Assembly: GCA_027348385.1 (NCBI GenBank)
Contig: DAIEPO010000003.1
Coordinates: 1-43,098 of the forward strand
Direction of reading: 5' to 3'
DNA length: 43,098 nucleotides
Source of the DNA: a bacterium
GTDB taxonomy: Bacteria; Patescibacteriota; Doudnabacteria; UBA920; VMFF01
Part shown: positions 17,911 to 27,510 of the stretch, piece by piece
Layout: the number at the start of each line of letters is the position of its first letter
Position numbering within the stretch: position 1 is the first letter of the stretch
Notes under the pieces: model-generated
The model's input: the letters and a program-made list of their open reading frames with translations, nothing else
What the model was told of the DNA's origin: nothing
The model's database searches: none
Position numbers and translations under genes: made by a program

Positions 17911-18408
17911 ATGACGCATAGCAATGGGGTTGAGACCCTATTCTGGGTAACCGAGAGGTACAGAGAGCTTCTCGAAAACTTGGAGCGGGAGATCAACAGC
18001 GCCGGGCAACTTGACGGTTTCAGGCTCCTTCCGTACTACGCTGAACGGATGGAGTTTGTCACCCTCGAGGTTGGCAAGATTCAACCCTCGTTAGCCGAAC
18101 GGGACAGAGTCGTCCGGTACCAGTGGGCAGTTGCGCAGCTCTACGGGTTGCTACGTCAACTCGAAGCAGATCAGCTCAACTACCTCAAGCACCGGGCGCA
18201 CGTTTTGCTGAAGAACTTCTTCAGGTTTCGGCGAGACGCGCGTAGTCACGCCGATGGTCCACGCCTGATGTTGTTAACCAGGACGTGCGAACACTCGGTC
18301 AAAGACTTTGTTGACCACGCCAGGCAGCCAGATGCAACCGTGCACATGCTCCGACCGAAGCTGGTTGGAATTCAGGCACGGATGCATGAGATTGAAGAGA
18401 AGTTCTAG
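17911..18408 (+). CDS. GC-rich orphan helical protein, cassette D
   Basis: SD GGAGG before ATG, 165-aa ORF between divergent uvrC and uvrA, hairpin 18463-18495. Confidence 0.65.
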   Translation: MTHSNGVETLFWVTERYRELLENLEREINSAGQLDGFRLLPYYAERMEFVTLEVGKIQPSLAERDRVVRYQWAVAQLYGLLRQLEADQLNYLKHRAHVLLKNFFRFRRDARSHADGPRLMLLTRTCEHSVKDFVDHARQPDATVHMLRPKLVGIQARMHEIEEKF

Positions 18409-18462
18409 AGGAGGAAACAAACGTCACTGCTACACATCAAGCAGTAACTCTCTGAACAACCA

Positions 18463-18495
18463 CAACCGCGCCCCGGATAACTCCAGGCGCGGTTG
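18463..18495 (+). terminator. 3' hairpin of cassette D
   Basis: CAACCGCGCC-CC-GGA-TAAC-TCC-A-GGCGCGGTTG. Confidence 0.6.
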
Positions 18496-18572
18496 GTTCG
18501 TTTCACTTGGCTCCTTGACCTGGTGTTGACATTGGGTGTATACTTTTTCTTACTTTGTCTGTAATAAAAGGT

Positions 18573-21395
18573 ATGATCAAGATCAGAGGCGCAAAACAGC
18601 ATAACCTAAAGAACATAAACTTGGATCTTCCAAGTAATAAGCTTATCGTAATGACAGGACTTTCCGGCTCGGGAAAGTCTTCTTTAGCGTTTGATACGAT
18701 CTATGCTGAAGGACAACGTAGATACGTTGAGTCTCTTTCAGCATACGCTAGACAGTTTTTGGGCTTGATGGATAAACCAGACGTTGAAAGCATTGAAGGT
18801 CTTTCTCCGGCAATTTCCATTGATCAAAAAAGCGCTTCACATAATCCTCGTTCAACAGTTGGTACTGTTACTGAGATATATGATTACTTACGTTTACTCT
18901 ATGCCCGAGTCGGTATACCGCATTGTCCTGTTTGTGGAAAAAAGATTTCCGGACAAACAGTTAGTCAAATGATTGATCAGATTTCCAACCTGCCACATGG
19001 CACCAAGATTATCCTAATGGCACCATTCATTAAAGACCAAAAGGGTGAGCACAAACATGTTTTGGAAGAAGCTAAAAAAGCAGGCTATGCCAGAGTCAGA
19101 GTAGATCACATTGTTATGGATTTAGACGAAGCTTTAAGATTAAATTTAGACAAAAAAAAGAAACACTCCATTGAAGTTGTCATTGACCGCATTACAGTTG
19201 ATAAAAATGAAAGAGGTAGACTTGCTGATTCCTTAGAAACAGCTTTAGAGCTTGGTGATGAAACTGCAATTGTTCAAACTGTTGATACAAACAAGGAAAT
19301 CTTACTTTCCCAGAAATTTGCATGTCCTCAAGGACACATGAGCATGCCAGAACTTGCACCAAGAAACTTTTCTTTTAATTCTCCGCATGGAGCATGTCCT
19401 GAATGTACAGGTTTGGGAACAAAATTAGAAATAGTTCCAGAGCTAGTCATTCCAAATCCAAAACTGACACTTGCAGAAGGCGCGATCAGGCCTTGGAGTA
19501 AGACCACTTCTCGTATTTCTTGGTATACCAGAATTTTACAGGCTGTTGCTGATGAGTATGGTTTTTCAATGGATCTGCCAATTTCTAAACTTCCTAAATC
19601 TGCTGTGGATATAATCCTACATGGAACAGGGGAGAAAAAGATTTCAGTAGAACATGGTGAGGATGATTTTGAATATGATTACAACACAACCTTTGAAGGA
19701 GTCATCCCAAACCTTGAACGTCGTTACAGAGAAACAGATTCAGATTACATGCGCAAAGAAATCGAAAACTATATGCGTATTACAGAATGTCCTGTTTGTC
19801 TTGGCAGACGATTAAAACCAGAAGCTTTAGCTGTGACAGTTGGTGAAAAGGGGATTGTTGATGTTTCCAAGCTAAGCATTGATGATGCTGATATTTTCTT
19901 CAGAGACTTAAACAAAAGGCTTTCTGAGAAAGACAAGAAAATATCATATCAGATACTAAAGGAAATTAGCGCCAGACTTTCCTTTCTAAAAGATGTTGGT
20001 CTAAACTATTTAACTCTTGATCGAAGCGCAGATACTCTTTCAGGCGGTGAAGCTCAACGTATTCGTTTGGCAACTCAGATTGGTTCTGGGCTAACAGGTG
20101 TTTTGTACATTCTTGATGAACCATCAATTGGTCTACATCAAAGAGACAATGACCGCTTACTCAAAACCCTTAAAGGTTTGAGAGACTTAGGAAATACTGT
20201 CATTGTCGTAGAACACGATCAAGACACCATTGAATCATCAGATTGGGTTGTTGATATTGGTCCAGGGGCTGGCAAACACGGTGGTGAAGTCATTGCCGAA
20301 GGAACCCCAACTCAAATTAAAAAGAATAAGAATTCCATAACTGGGCAATATCTTTCAGGGATTGAAAATATTGAGGTGCCAAAAAGAAGGCATCCGGGAA
20401 ATGGCAAAAAATTAAGCATCATTGGAGCAGAAGAACACAATTTAAAGAATATTAACGTTGAAATCCCACTTGGTAAGTTTGTTGTTTTAACCGGCGTTTC
20501 AGGTTCTGGAAAATCAACCTTGCTTAATGAAATTCTTGCTAAAGCTCTATCAAACTATTTCTACAATTCTAAAGAAGCGGTTGGTAAACACAAGAAACTC
20601 CAGGGTGTCGAACATATCGACAAGATCATCAACATTGATCAATCTCCGATTGGTAGAACTCCAAGATCTAACCCAGCAACATATACCGGAGTTTTCACAT
20701 ACATTAGAGATCTTTTTGCAGCCACACCTGAAGCAAAAATGCGCGGTTACAAAGCAGGCAGATTTTCTTTCAATGTAAAGGGTGGTAGATGCGAAGTTTG
20801 TGGTGGCGATGGTGTCATAAAGATTGAGATGCATTTTTTGCCTGATGTTTACGTTGCTTGTGAAGAATGTAAAGGCAAACGATATAACAGGGAAGCCTTA
20901 GAAATCCATTACAAAGGAAAAAACATTTCTGATGTTTTAGAAATGACAGTTGATGAAGCAAAGATTTTCTTCAAACACATCCCTTTGATTTACAGAAAAC
21001 TAGAAACTCTCTCAGAAGTTGGTTTAGGTTACATGCATTTGGGTCAACAAGCAACAACTCTTTCAGGTGGTGAAGCTCAGCGTATCAAACTTTCCTCAGA
21101 GCTTTCCAGAGCATCAACCGGTAGGACCCTTTACATCTTGGATGAACCTACCACAGGCTTGCACTTTGCTGATGTTAAACGATTGCTTTCAGTTCTAAAC
21201 AAACTTGTTGAAAAAGGAAACACAGTCGTAGTTATTGAACACAACTTAGATGTTATAAAAAGCGCAGACTGGGTGGTAGACTTAGGGCCTGAAGGCGGGG
21301 ACAAGGGTGGTGAACTAATCGCAGCTGGCACTCCTGAGGATGTTTCAAAGATAAAACGAAGTTACACCGGACAATACTTAAAAAAGATGCTTTAA
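18573..21395 (+). CDS. uvrA: Excinuclease ABC subunit A
   Basis: Two ABC ATPase cassettes ([25 protein letters not shown] twice) and zinc fingers; start at ATG 18573. Confidence 0.98.
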   Translation: MIKIRGAKQHNLKNINLDLPSNKLIVMTGLSGSGKSSLAFDTIYAEGQRRYVESLSAYARQFLGLMDKPDVESIEGLSPAISIDQKSASHNPRSTVGTVTEIYDYLRLLYARVGIPHCPVCGKKISGQTVSQMIDQISNLPHGTKIILMAPFIKDQKGEHKHVLEEAKKAGYARVRVDHIVMDLDEALRLNLDKKKKHSIEVVIDRITVDKNERGRLADSLETALELGDETAIVQTVDTNKEILLSQKFACPQGHMSMPELAPRNFSFNSPHGACPECTGLGTKLEIVPELVIPNPKLTLAEGAIRPWSKTTSRISWYTRILQAVADEYGFSMDLPISKLPKSAVDIILHGTGEKKISVEHGEDDFEYDYNTTFEGVIPNLERRYRETDSDYMRKEIENYMRITECPVCLGRRLKPEALAVTVGEKGIVDVSKLSIDDADIFFRDLNKRLSEKDKKISYQILKEISARLSFLKDVGLNYLTLDRSADTLSGGEAQRIRLATQIGSGLTGVLYILDEPSIGLHQRDNDRLLKTLKGLRDLGNTVIVVEHDQDTIESSDWVVDIGPGAGKHGGEVIAEGTPTQIKKNKNSITGQYLSGIENIEVPKRRHPGNGKKLSIIGAEEHNLKNINVEIPLGKFVVLTGVSGSGKSTLLNEILAKALSNYFYNSKEAVGKHKKLQGVEHIDKIINIDQSPIGRTPRSNPATYTGVFTYIRDLFAATPEAKMRGYKAGRFSFNVKGGRCEVCGGDGVIKIEMHFLPDVYVACEECKGKRYNREALEIHYKGKNISDVLEMTVDEAKIFFKHIPLIYRKLETLSEVGLGYMHLGQQATTLSGGEAQRIKLSSELSRASTGRTLYILDEPTTGLHFADVKRLLSVLNKLVEKGNTVVVIEHNLDVIKSADWVVDLGPEGGDKGGELIAAGTPEDVSKIKRSYTGQYLKKML

Positions 21396-21456
21396 AACAA
21401 AACCCCGCTTACGCGGGGTTTTTGATCGGTTGACTTTGAGCCACCGTTTCACCAGT
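21395..21456 (-). ncRNA. Putative antisense sRNA 2, complementary to tRNA-like RNA 2
   Basis: Promoter TTGACT(21491-21486)-17-TAAATT(21468-21463); 5' ACUGGUGAAACGGUGGCUCAAAGUCA pairs with the loop arm and 5' segment of 21496-21568. Confidence 0.65.
21399..21422. terminator. Bidirectional terminator (uvrA / antisense sRNA 2)
   Basis: AAAACCCCGC-TTAC-GCGGGGTTTT. Confidence 0.85.
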
Positions 21457-21462
21457 AAATTT

Positions 21463-21491
21463 AATTTAGCTCAAATGCTTTAAAGAGTCAA
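21463..21491 (-). promoter_or_regulatory. sigma70 promoter for antisense sRNA 2
   Basis: TTGACT-17nt-TAAATT starting 4 nt after the CCA of the tRNA-like RNA. Confidence 0.65.
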
Positions 21492-21495
21492 CCTG

Positions 21496-21568
21496 TGGTG
21501 GAGATGGCGGGAATCGAACCCGCTAGATGCCGCTGGTGAAACGGTGATCTCGCTACCAAGCCACCCCC
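21496..21568 (-). ncRNA. Non-canonical tRNA-like RNA 2 (Ala-type acceptor, CAC-centred loop)
   Basis: GGGGGTG-GCTTGGTAGCG-AGATCACCGT-TTCACCA-GCGGCATCT-A-GCGGG-TTCGATT-CCCGC-CATCTCC-A-CCA: G3:U70, canonical T arm, CCA. Confidence 0.78.
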
Positions 21569-21642
21569 ATATTTGTTTCTCTACTAGTTAATACTCTAAG
21601 TTGATTAACTAATCGTTAAAAAGATATTAAAAAAAGGTGTAT

Positions 21643-21669
21643 TTAGCACTTGACAGGCTTGAGTGCTAA
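21643..21669. promoter_or_regulatory. CIRCE element 1 (HrcA operator) overlapping -35 TTGACA
   Basis: TTAGCACTT-N9-GAGTGCTAA vs consensus TTAGCACTC-N9-GAGTGCTAA. Confidence 0.92.
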
Positions 21670-21683
21670 ATATTAAAATGTTT

Positions 21684-21710
21684 TTAGCAAACGACTTAAA
21701 AGAGTGCTAA
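21684..21710. promoter_or_regulatory. CIRCE element 2 abutting the hrcA start codon
   Basis: TTAGCAAAC-N9-GAGTGCTAA. Confidence 0.85.
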
Positions 21711-22442
21711 ATGACTGAAAAAAAGCCTTTAAACATTACTCCTAGACAAGCCAAGATCCTAGCGGCCATAGTTAGGGAGTATTCAAATACCTCAGAACCT
21801 GTTAGTTCTGAAGAAATAAGCTCAAAATACAAGCTGGATATTTCTTCAGCAACCATCCGTAATGAGATGATGGCTTTAGAAAGAAATGGATTTCTGGGGC
21901 AGCCACATACTTCAGCAGGCAGGGTGCCAACAGACCTTGGCTATCGTTACTTTGTAAATGAGTTAATGAAGCGTTTTGAGCTTTCCTTGAAAGAACAACA
22001 TGCTTTAAGGGAGCAGCTTGGCAAGCTCCAGCAACAGCATCAGGAGATAGGCAAGAACATTGCCAGATTGCTTGCAGAAAAAACAGATCAAGCAGCTTTT
22101 GCGCTTTTACCAGAAGAAACTTCAGCCAGTGGTCTTTCAAATATCTTGCAACATCCAAAGTTTGACCAAAGAGATGTTGTTGAAGTAGTCCAGTTCTTTG
22201 AAGATATTGATGAATATGCAGATCAGATGTTAAGCGATTTCTTTAAAGAAAGACCAGCAGCATTAATTGGTAAAGAGCACCATTTAGCACCAATTAAAAA
22301 TTACTCTTTGATTGTTTCTAAGGTTGAACTACCAACAGGAGAGCGCGGATTGATAGGGATAGTCGGACCAAAATCCATGCGCTATGACAAAAATATTAGT
22401 TTAGTAGAATATTTCGCAAAATTTTTAAGTACAGGAGAATAA
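21711..22442 (+). CDS. hrcA: Heat-inducible transcription repressor HrcA (short form)
   Basis: EPVSS, SSATIRNEM, QPHTSAGRVPTDLGYRYFV, GIVGPKSMRY. Confidence 0.93.
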   Translation: MTEKKPLNITPRQAKILAAIVREYSNTSEPVSSEEISSKYKLDISSATIRNEMMALERNGFLGQPHTSAGRVPTDLGYRYFVNELMKRFELSLKEQHALREQLGKLQQQHQEIGKNIARLLAEKTDQAAFALLPEETSASGLSNILQHPKFDQRDVVEVVQFFEDIDEYADQMLSDFFKERPAALIGKEHHLAPIKNYSLIVSKVELPTGERGLIGIVGPKSMRYDKNISLVEYFAKFLSTGE

Positions 22443-22444
22443 CT

Positions 22445-22975
22445 ATGGATGAACAACAAATATCAGCAGTAGGTAGCGGTGAGATAACCATTGAGCAGCT
22501 GCAGACTGAGCTATCCGATGCACTAAAGCAAGCCGAGGATAATCTTTCTGGATGGAAGAGAACCCAAGCTGATTTAGAAAACTACCGTAAAAGAAAAGAG
22601 GCTGAAGGAGCAGAGCTCGTACAATTTGGTAAACAAGCAGGTTTTGTTCAAATCTTACCAATTCTAGACTCTCTGCAAATGGCCATGATTCACGCACCTG
22701 AAATATCAGATGAGAAATACCAGAGCTTTAAAAACGGACTTGATGGTATTGTGAAGCAAATAGATGTAGCAATAATTGCCATGGGCATACAAAAGATTGA
22801 AGCAGTCGGAAAAAAGTTTGACCCGAATATACACGAAGCAATCAAAGAAGTGGCAGGAGATGAAGACGGTTTGGTTGTAGAACAATACCAAACTGGTTAC
22901 ATGCTACAAGGAAAGCTTTTAAGACCAGCGCAAGTAGCAATTTCAAAAAAAGATAATTCAAAAATCAGTAATTAA
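22445..22975 (+). CDS. grpE: Nucleotide exchange factor GrpE
   Basis: [34 protein letters not shown]. Confidence 0.96.
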   Translation: MDEQQISAVGSGEITIEQLQTELSDALKQAEDNLSGWKRTQADLENYRKRKEAEGAELVQFGKQAGFVQILPILDSLQMAMIHAPEISDEKYQSFKNGLDGIVKQIDVAIIAMGIQKIEAVGKKFDPNIHEAIKEVAGDEDGLVVEQYQTGYMLQGKLLRPAQVAISKKDNSKISN

Positions 22976-22994
22976 CATTAAAGAAAGGAAGATC

Positions 22995-24821
22995 ATGTCA
23001 AAAATAATTGGTATAGACTTAGGTACATCAAACTCTGCAGCCTCAGTGATGGAAGGTGGCAAACCAGTAATCATCCCGTCAGCTGAAGGAAACAGCATTG
23101 CCGGAAAAGCATTCCCTTCATACGTTGCTTTTACAAAAGAAGGCCAGCTTTTAGTTGGTGAACCTGCACGTAGGCAAGCAGTTACCAATGCAGAAGGAAC
23201 AATCTTTGAAGCAAAAAGAAAAATGGGAACTAGCTTTAAGTATTCTGTTAATGGTAAAGACTACACTCCAGAACAAATTTCAGCTTTCATTTTACAGAAG
23301 ATTAAAAAAGATGCTGAAAGCTATGCTGGTGGAGTAGTCACCAAAGCAGTTATTACAGTTCCAGCATATTTTGATGATGCTCAAAGACAAGCAACAAAAA
23401 ACGCCGGAGAAATTGCTGGTTTAGAAGTTGTTAGAATAATCAACGAACCAACAGCAGCGGCTCTAGCTTATGGTTTAGACAAAGTTGGACAAGAACAAAA
23501 GATTTTAGTCTTTGACCTTGGTGGTGGTACATTAGATGTTACTACCATGGATTTTGGTCAGGGCGTTTTTGAAGTCATTTCAACATCTGGAGATACTCAG
23601 TTAGGTGGTAAAGACATGGACTCTGTGTTAATCAACTACATCATCAGCACTTTCAAACAAGAAAATGGTATTGATATATCAGCTGACAAGATGGCAATGA
23701 ACCGTGTTAGAGAAGCTGCTGAGAAAGCAAAGATCGAGCTTTCAACAACCATGGAAACAGATTTAAACCTGCCTTTCATTACAGCAGATGCTAATGGTCC
23801 AAAACATTTGACCATGAAAATTACCAGAGCAAAATTAGAAGAGTTGGTTAAACCAATAATTGAAAAAATGCGTCATCCAATGGAGCAGGCAATTGCTGAT
23901 GCAAAACTAACACCACATCAGATTGATAAAGTGATATTAGTTGGTGGTCCAACACGTATGCCTGTGGTGCAGAAATTCGTTGAAGACTTTATCGGTAAAC
24001 AAGTAGAACGTGGTATTGACCCTATGGAGGCAGTTGCCAAGGGTGCTGCAATTCAAGCCGGTGTTTTAGGTGGAGAAGTTAAAGACATTCTGTTGCTTGA
24101 TGTTACTCCATTAACACTTGGTATTGAAACCATGGGTGGTGTTAGAACAGCATTAATTGATAGAAACACAACTGTACCAACTTCAAAGTCCCAGGTCTTT
24201 AGCACAGCAGCTGATAATCAAACATCAGTTGAAATAAACGTCTTACAAGGGGAACGTGAATTTGCTGCAGATAACAAAACATTAGGTAAATTTATTCTTG
24301 ATGGTATTCCACCAGCACCTCGTGGTGTACCACAAGTTGAAGTTGCTTTTGATATAGACGCCAACGGAATTTTAACCGTTAGAGCAAAAGACAAAGCAAC
24401 CGGTAAAGAACAGCACATCACTATTCAAGGTTCTTCCAACCTTTCCAAAGAAGACATTGAACGAATGAAAAAAGAAGCCGAAGAGCATGCTTCTGAAGAC
24501 AAGAAGAGAAGAGAGACAGTTGAAATTAGAAACCAAGCTGATACTTTAATAACTGTTTCAGAAAAAACTTTGAAAGATGCCGGCGAAAAAGCTCCAGAAG
24601 CAGATCGAAAAGAGACACAAGAAAAACTCGATGCTTTAAAAGTAGTTAAAGACAAAGACGATGTTGAAGCAATTAAAAAAGCCTTAGATGAGCTTTCAGC
24701 TGCAATCCAAAAAATAGGTGCTTCAATGTATCAACAAGGACCAGAGCAAGCACAGGGTGCTAACCCAGAAGCATCAGCAGAAAACAAAGAAGGTCCGGTT
24801 GATGCAGAGGTGGTTAAATAA
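22995..24821 (+). CDS. dnaK: Chaperone DnaK (Hsp70)
   Basis: [38 protein letters not shown]. Confidence 0.98.
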   Translation: MSKIIGIDLGTSNSAASVMEGGKPVIIPSAEGNSIAGKAFPSYVAFTKEGQLLVGEPARRQAVTNAEGTIFEAKRKMGTSFKYSVNGKDYTPEQISAFILQKIKKDAESYAGGVVTKAVITVPAYFDDAQRQATKNAGEIAGLEVVRIINEPTAAALAYGLDKVGQEQKILVFDLGGGTLDVTTMDFGQGVFEVISTSGDTQLGGKDMDSVLINYIISTFKQENGIDISADKMAMNRVREAAEKAKIELSTTMETDLNLPFITADANGPKHLTMKITRAKLEELVKPIIEKMRHPMEQAIADAKLTPHQIDKVILVGGPTRMPVVQKFVEDFIGKQVERGIDPMEAVAKGAAIQAGVLGGEVKDILLLDVTPLTLGIETMGGVRTALIDRNTTVPTSKSQVFSTAADNQTSVEINVLQGEREFAADNKTLGKFILDGIPPAPRGVPQVEVAFDIDANGILTVRAKDKATGKEQHITIQGSSNLSKEDIERMKKEAEEHASEDKKRRETVEIRNQADTLITVSEKTLKDAGEKAPEADRKETQEKLDALKVVKDKDDVEAIKKALDELSAAIQKIGASMYQQGPEQAQGANPEASAENKEGPVDAEVVK

Positions 24822-24835
24822 CTAAAAGCAAACAA

Positions 24836-25138
24836 ATGACTCAAGAACAAAACCAAGGACAACAAATTCAAGTTAAGATCACAGACGAGATATTAAAAGG
24901 TGTCTATGCAAACAGCATGCAAGTAAGCCATACTAATGACGAGTTTGTTTTAGACTTCATGAACATCTTCCCAGCAAATGGTGTTGGCATTGTTACATCA
25001 AAAGTAATTGTATCTCCCGCACATTACAAAAGAGTTCTTGCAGCAATGCAGCAAAATCTTAAGCTCTTTGAGGATAAATTTGGTACAATTAAACAAAGCG
25101 ATACGCCAGAGCCGAAAATTGGCTTTAAGGCAGAATAA
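24836..25138 (+). CDS. DUF3467-like protein
   Basis: GVYANSMQVSHTNDEFVLDF...VIVSPAHYKR...FEDKFGTI pattern. Confidence 0.8.
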   Translation: MTQEQNQGQQIQVKITDEILKGVYANSMQVSHTNDEFVLDFMNIFPANGVGIVTSKVIVSPAHYKRVLAAMQQNLKLFEDKFGTIKQSDTPEPKIGFKAE

Positions 25139-25148
25139 CTAAACAAAA

Positions 25149-26033
25149 ATGAAACTAAAAAAATTCTTTCTTAGTCTTGGCACCGTTGTTTTCTCAGGTT
25201 TAGCTTGGTATCTTTTCTCGCAAATCTTTGATAGCAGCAGTGTTTTTAAGCACAATGCATTGAATTGGTTTGGTTTCGTTTTCAGTATAGCCCTAGCTTA
25301 TGCTTTTAGCTTCTTAATTGCAGCAACTAGAGATCGTTTTGATTTTGAAGTAACTTCCTTACTTTCAGTGCTTTGGATTCCAGTGTTTTTAGGAACAAGC
25401 GGCAGAACTTTAATCGCCGCAGCAGTGCTCTTCCTCTTTACCCAAGTGCTTCTAGAGTTTGCCAGTGCCTTAGAACATTCCATTAACCTCAATTATTACT
25501 CAACAGCATATTCTAAAATTGCTCTAGTTATCATTGCTTTGCTTGCCATAACCTCAATATATTTTCAGGATCGGGTTGTAGCAAACGTAGGAAACACTGC
25601 AGTTTCTCAAAAAGCAGTAGGTACACTTTGGCCGTATGTTAGCAAATACTTTGGTCAGTACAACACCAATGGCACAGTTAATGAATTCCTAGTAACTGAA
25701 TTTAAACAACAAGGAGTAGCTCAACCAACACCACAAATGATAACTCAGGCAAGAAATGAGCTTTCAGAACAGTTAAACTTAAATCTTACAGGTAAAGAAA
25801 GCATGGCTGCTTTAGGAGAAGATTTCGTAGCTAATCAATTCAACAGTTTCTTGCAAGAATACCATATTGAAAAATCAGGTATCTATGTAATATTCCTTTC
25901 ACTTCTAGTTCTTTGGCCAATTGGCAGAGCACTCTTTGCACTTTTCGCACTCATACTCTTTAAGATCTTCAAAGCATCTGGATTGGTCAAAATTAAGCAA
26001 ACTCAGGTTACAGCTAAAACGTTAGAGATTTAA
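25149..26033 (+). CDS. Hypothetical multi-pass membrane protein in the dnaK operon
   Basis: Several hydrophobic segments, tight spacing to neighbours. Confidence 0.8.
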   Translation: MKLKKFFLSLGTVVFSGLAWYLFSQIFDSSSVFKHNALNWFGFVFSIALAYAFSFLIAATRDRFDFEVTSLLSVLWIPVFLGTSGRTLIAAAVLFLFTQVLLEFASALEHSINLNYYSTAYSKIALVIIALLAITSIYFQDRVVANVGNTAVSQKAVGTLWPYVSKYFGQYNTNGTVNEFLVTEFKQQGVAQPTPQMITQARNELSEQLNLNLTGKESMAALGEDFVANQFNSFLQEYHIEKSGIYVIFLSLLVLWPIGRALFALFALILFKIFKASGLVKIKQTQVTAKTLEI

Positions 26034-26036
26034 ACA

Positions 26037-27107
26037 ATGCCAAAAAACTATTACGATATTTTAGGTATCAGCAAAACAGCAAATGCTGATGAGATTAAAC
26101 GGGCATACAGGAAACTTGCCTCAGAGCACCACCCTGACAGAGGTGGACATTCTGACAAGTTTAAAGAGATCAATGAAGCATATCAAGTTCTTTCAGACTC
26201 TGCTAAACGCTCGCAGTATGATCAGTATGGTCAAACCTTTGAACAAGCCCAAAGACAAGGTGGTTTTTCAGGCAACCCTTTTGGAGGCTTTGGTTTTGAA
26301 GGAAGTTTCAATGGTGCTTCCGGAGGCTTTGGTTTTGAAGATATTCTTTCAAGCATGTTTGGAGGAGAAGACACTCAAGCAAGAAACCGTGGTATTGATT
26401 TAGAGATGCCTTTAAGAGTCACATTCAAAGAAGCGGTTTTTGGTGTTGAAAAAGACATTACTATAGAAAAGAAAAATCCTTGTCCAAAGTGTAGTGGTAG
26501 TGGTGCGGAACCAGGCAGTAAAATCAACACTTGTCCAAAGTGTCATGGTCAAGGACAGATTAAAACACAACGCAGAACCATTTTTGGAACAGTCGCTACA
26601 TCATCAACTTGCGATCGTTGTGAAGGAACAGGCAAAGTTCCTGAAAAACCTTGTAGCGAATGTAAAGGTATTGGCTTAAAACGTGGCAGAAAAACAATCA
26701 AGGTATCAATTCCAGCAGGAATTGATAACGGGCAGAGGATTAGAGTAAAAGGTGAGGGTGAGCAAGGGTATCGTGGTTCAGCAGTTGGTGATTTGTATAT
26801 CCAAATTGAAGTTTTAGAAAGCAAAGACTTTTTAAGAAAAGGTTTTGATCTTTACAAAGAAGAACGTATTTCTTTTCCACAAGCAGCATTGGGTATGACT
26901 TTAGAGACAGCAACCATTGATGGAACTGTAAAAATTAAAATACCAGCAGGTACACAATCAGGAAAAGTTTTTAGAATATCAGATACAGGTGTGCCATACC
27001 TAAACCGTTCTGGTAGGGGAGATATGTACGTAACAATTCTAGTACATACTCCAGAAAAACTAACTAAGAAACAAAAAGAACTATTAAAGCAATTTGAAGA
27101 AGAATAG
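26037..27107 (+). CDS. dnaJ: Chaperone DnaJ
   Basis: J domain with HPD, G/F region, four CxxCxGxG repeats. Confidence 0.97.
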   Translation: MPKNYYDILGISKTANADEIKRAYRKLASEHHPDRGGHSDKFKEINEAYQVLSDSAKRSQYDQYGQTFEQAQRQGGFSGNPFGGFGFEGSFNGASGGFGFEDILSSMFGGEDTQARNRGIDLEMPLRVTFKEAVFGVEKDITIEKKNPCPKCSGSGAEPGSKINTCPKCHGQGQIKTQRRTIFGTVATSSTCDRCEGTGKVPEKPCSECKGIGLKRGRKTIKVSIPAGIDNGQRIRVKGEGEQGYRGSAVGDLYIQIEVLESKDFLRKGFDLYKEERISFPQAALGMTLETATIDGTVKIKIPAGTQSGKVFRISDTGVPYLNRSGRGDMYVTILVHTPEKLTKKQKELLKQFEEE

Positions 27108-27114
27108 AAAACAG

Positions 27115-27143
27115 CAGACCCCGCAAAAACCTTGCGGGGTCTG
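27115..27143. terminator. Hairpin between dnaJ and convergent cassette E
   Basis: CAGACCCCGCAA-AAACC-TTGCGGGGTCTG. Confidence 0.7.
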
Positions 27144-27165
27144 GTTGCACTCCTTGTCCTCCTTG

Positions 27166-27510
27166 TTATCCGGCGATGATCCTGAGTAGCTCAGGGAACT
27201 GGGCATGTCCCAGGAAGAACACACGAGGCCTTGTTCGCGAGCGGTGCAGGCTCTTCCTGATCTTGGCCTCAGCGACCGCAACCAAGGCTTGCGGATCAGA
27301 ATTTTGCTGTTCAATATCCCAGGAGAGTCCGCCCCGCTGTTCATAGAGCTCCCAGGCGCCTTCCACGGCCGTGTCAGTCTGGGTAATCGCCTGAAGCAGA
27401 GCTTGAATGACCTGGTTCTTAGTCTGTCTCCGACAGCCATCTCTGACCGAGTGTTCCAGGATTCGGCCGTTCCTGACCAGAACAAATCCGGTCGCAAACT
27501 TGGTTAGCAA
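27166..27510 (-). CDS. GC-rich orphan protein, cassette E
   Basis: Promoter TTGCCT-16-TATATT and SD AGGAG before TTG 27510; chosen over overlapping ORFs for these signals. Confidence 0.5.
   Translation of the reverse strand: MLTKFATGFVLVRNGRILEHSVRDGCRRQTKNQVIQALLQAITQTDTAVEGAWELYEQRGGLSWDIEQQNSDPQALVAVAEAKIRKSLHRSRTRPRVFFLGHAQFPELLRIIAG

Noticed and set aside
21496-21568. Full or two-piece tmRNA (ssrA) gene, or a bare integration scar of ssrA
   Set aside because: Both acceptor strands lie within 73 nt in normal order, leaving no room for a tag ORF or pseudoknots. A scar would carry only the 3' end, not a pairing 5' strand and a complementary downstream unit. The same applies to 1844-1914.
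27084-27507. Alternative ORFs 27084-27497 (-) and 27205-27507 (+) as the cassette E gene
   Set aside because: Promoter, SD spacing and downstream hairpin fit 27166-27510 (-) better; 27084-27497 would run through the hairpin into dnaJ. The choice remains uncertain.
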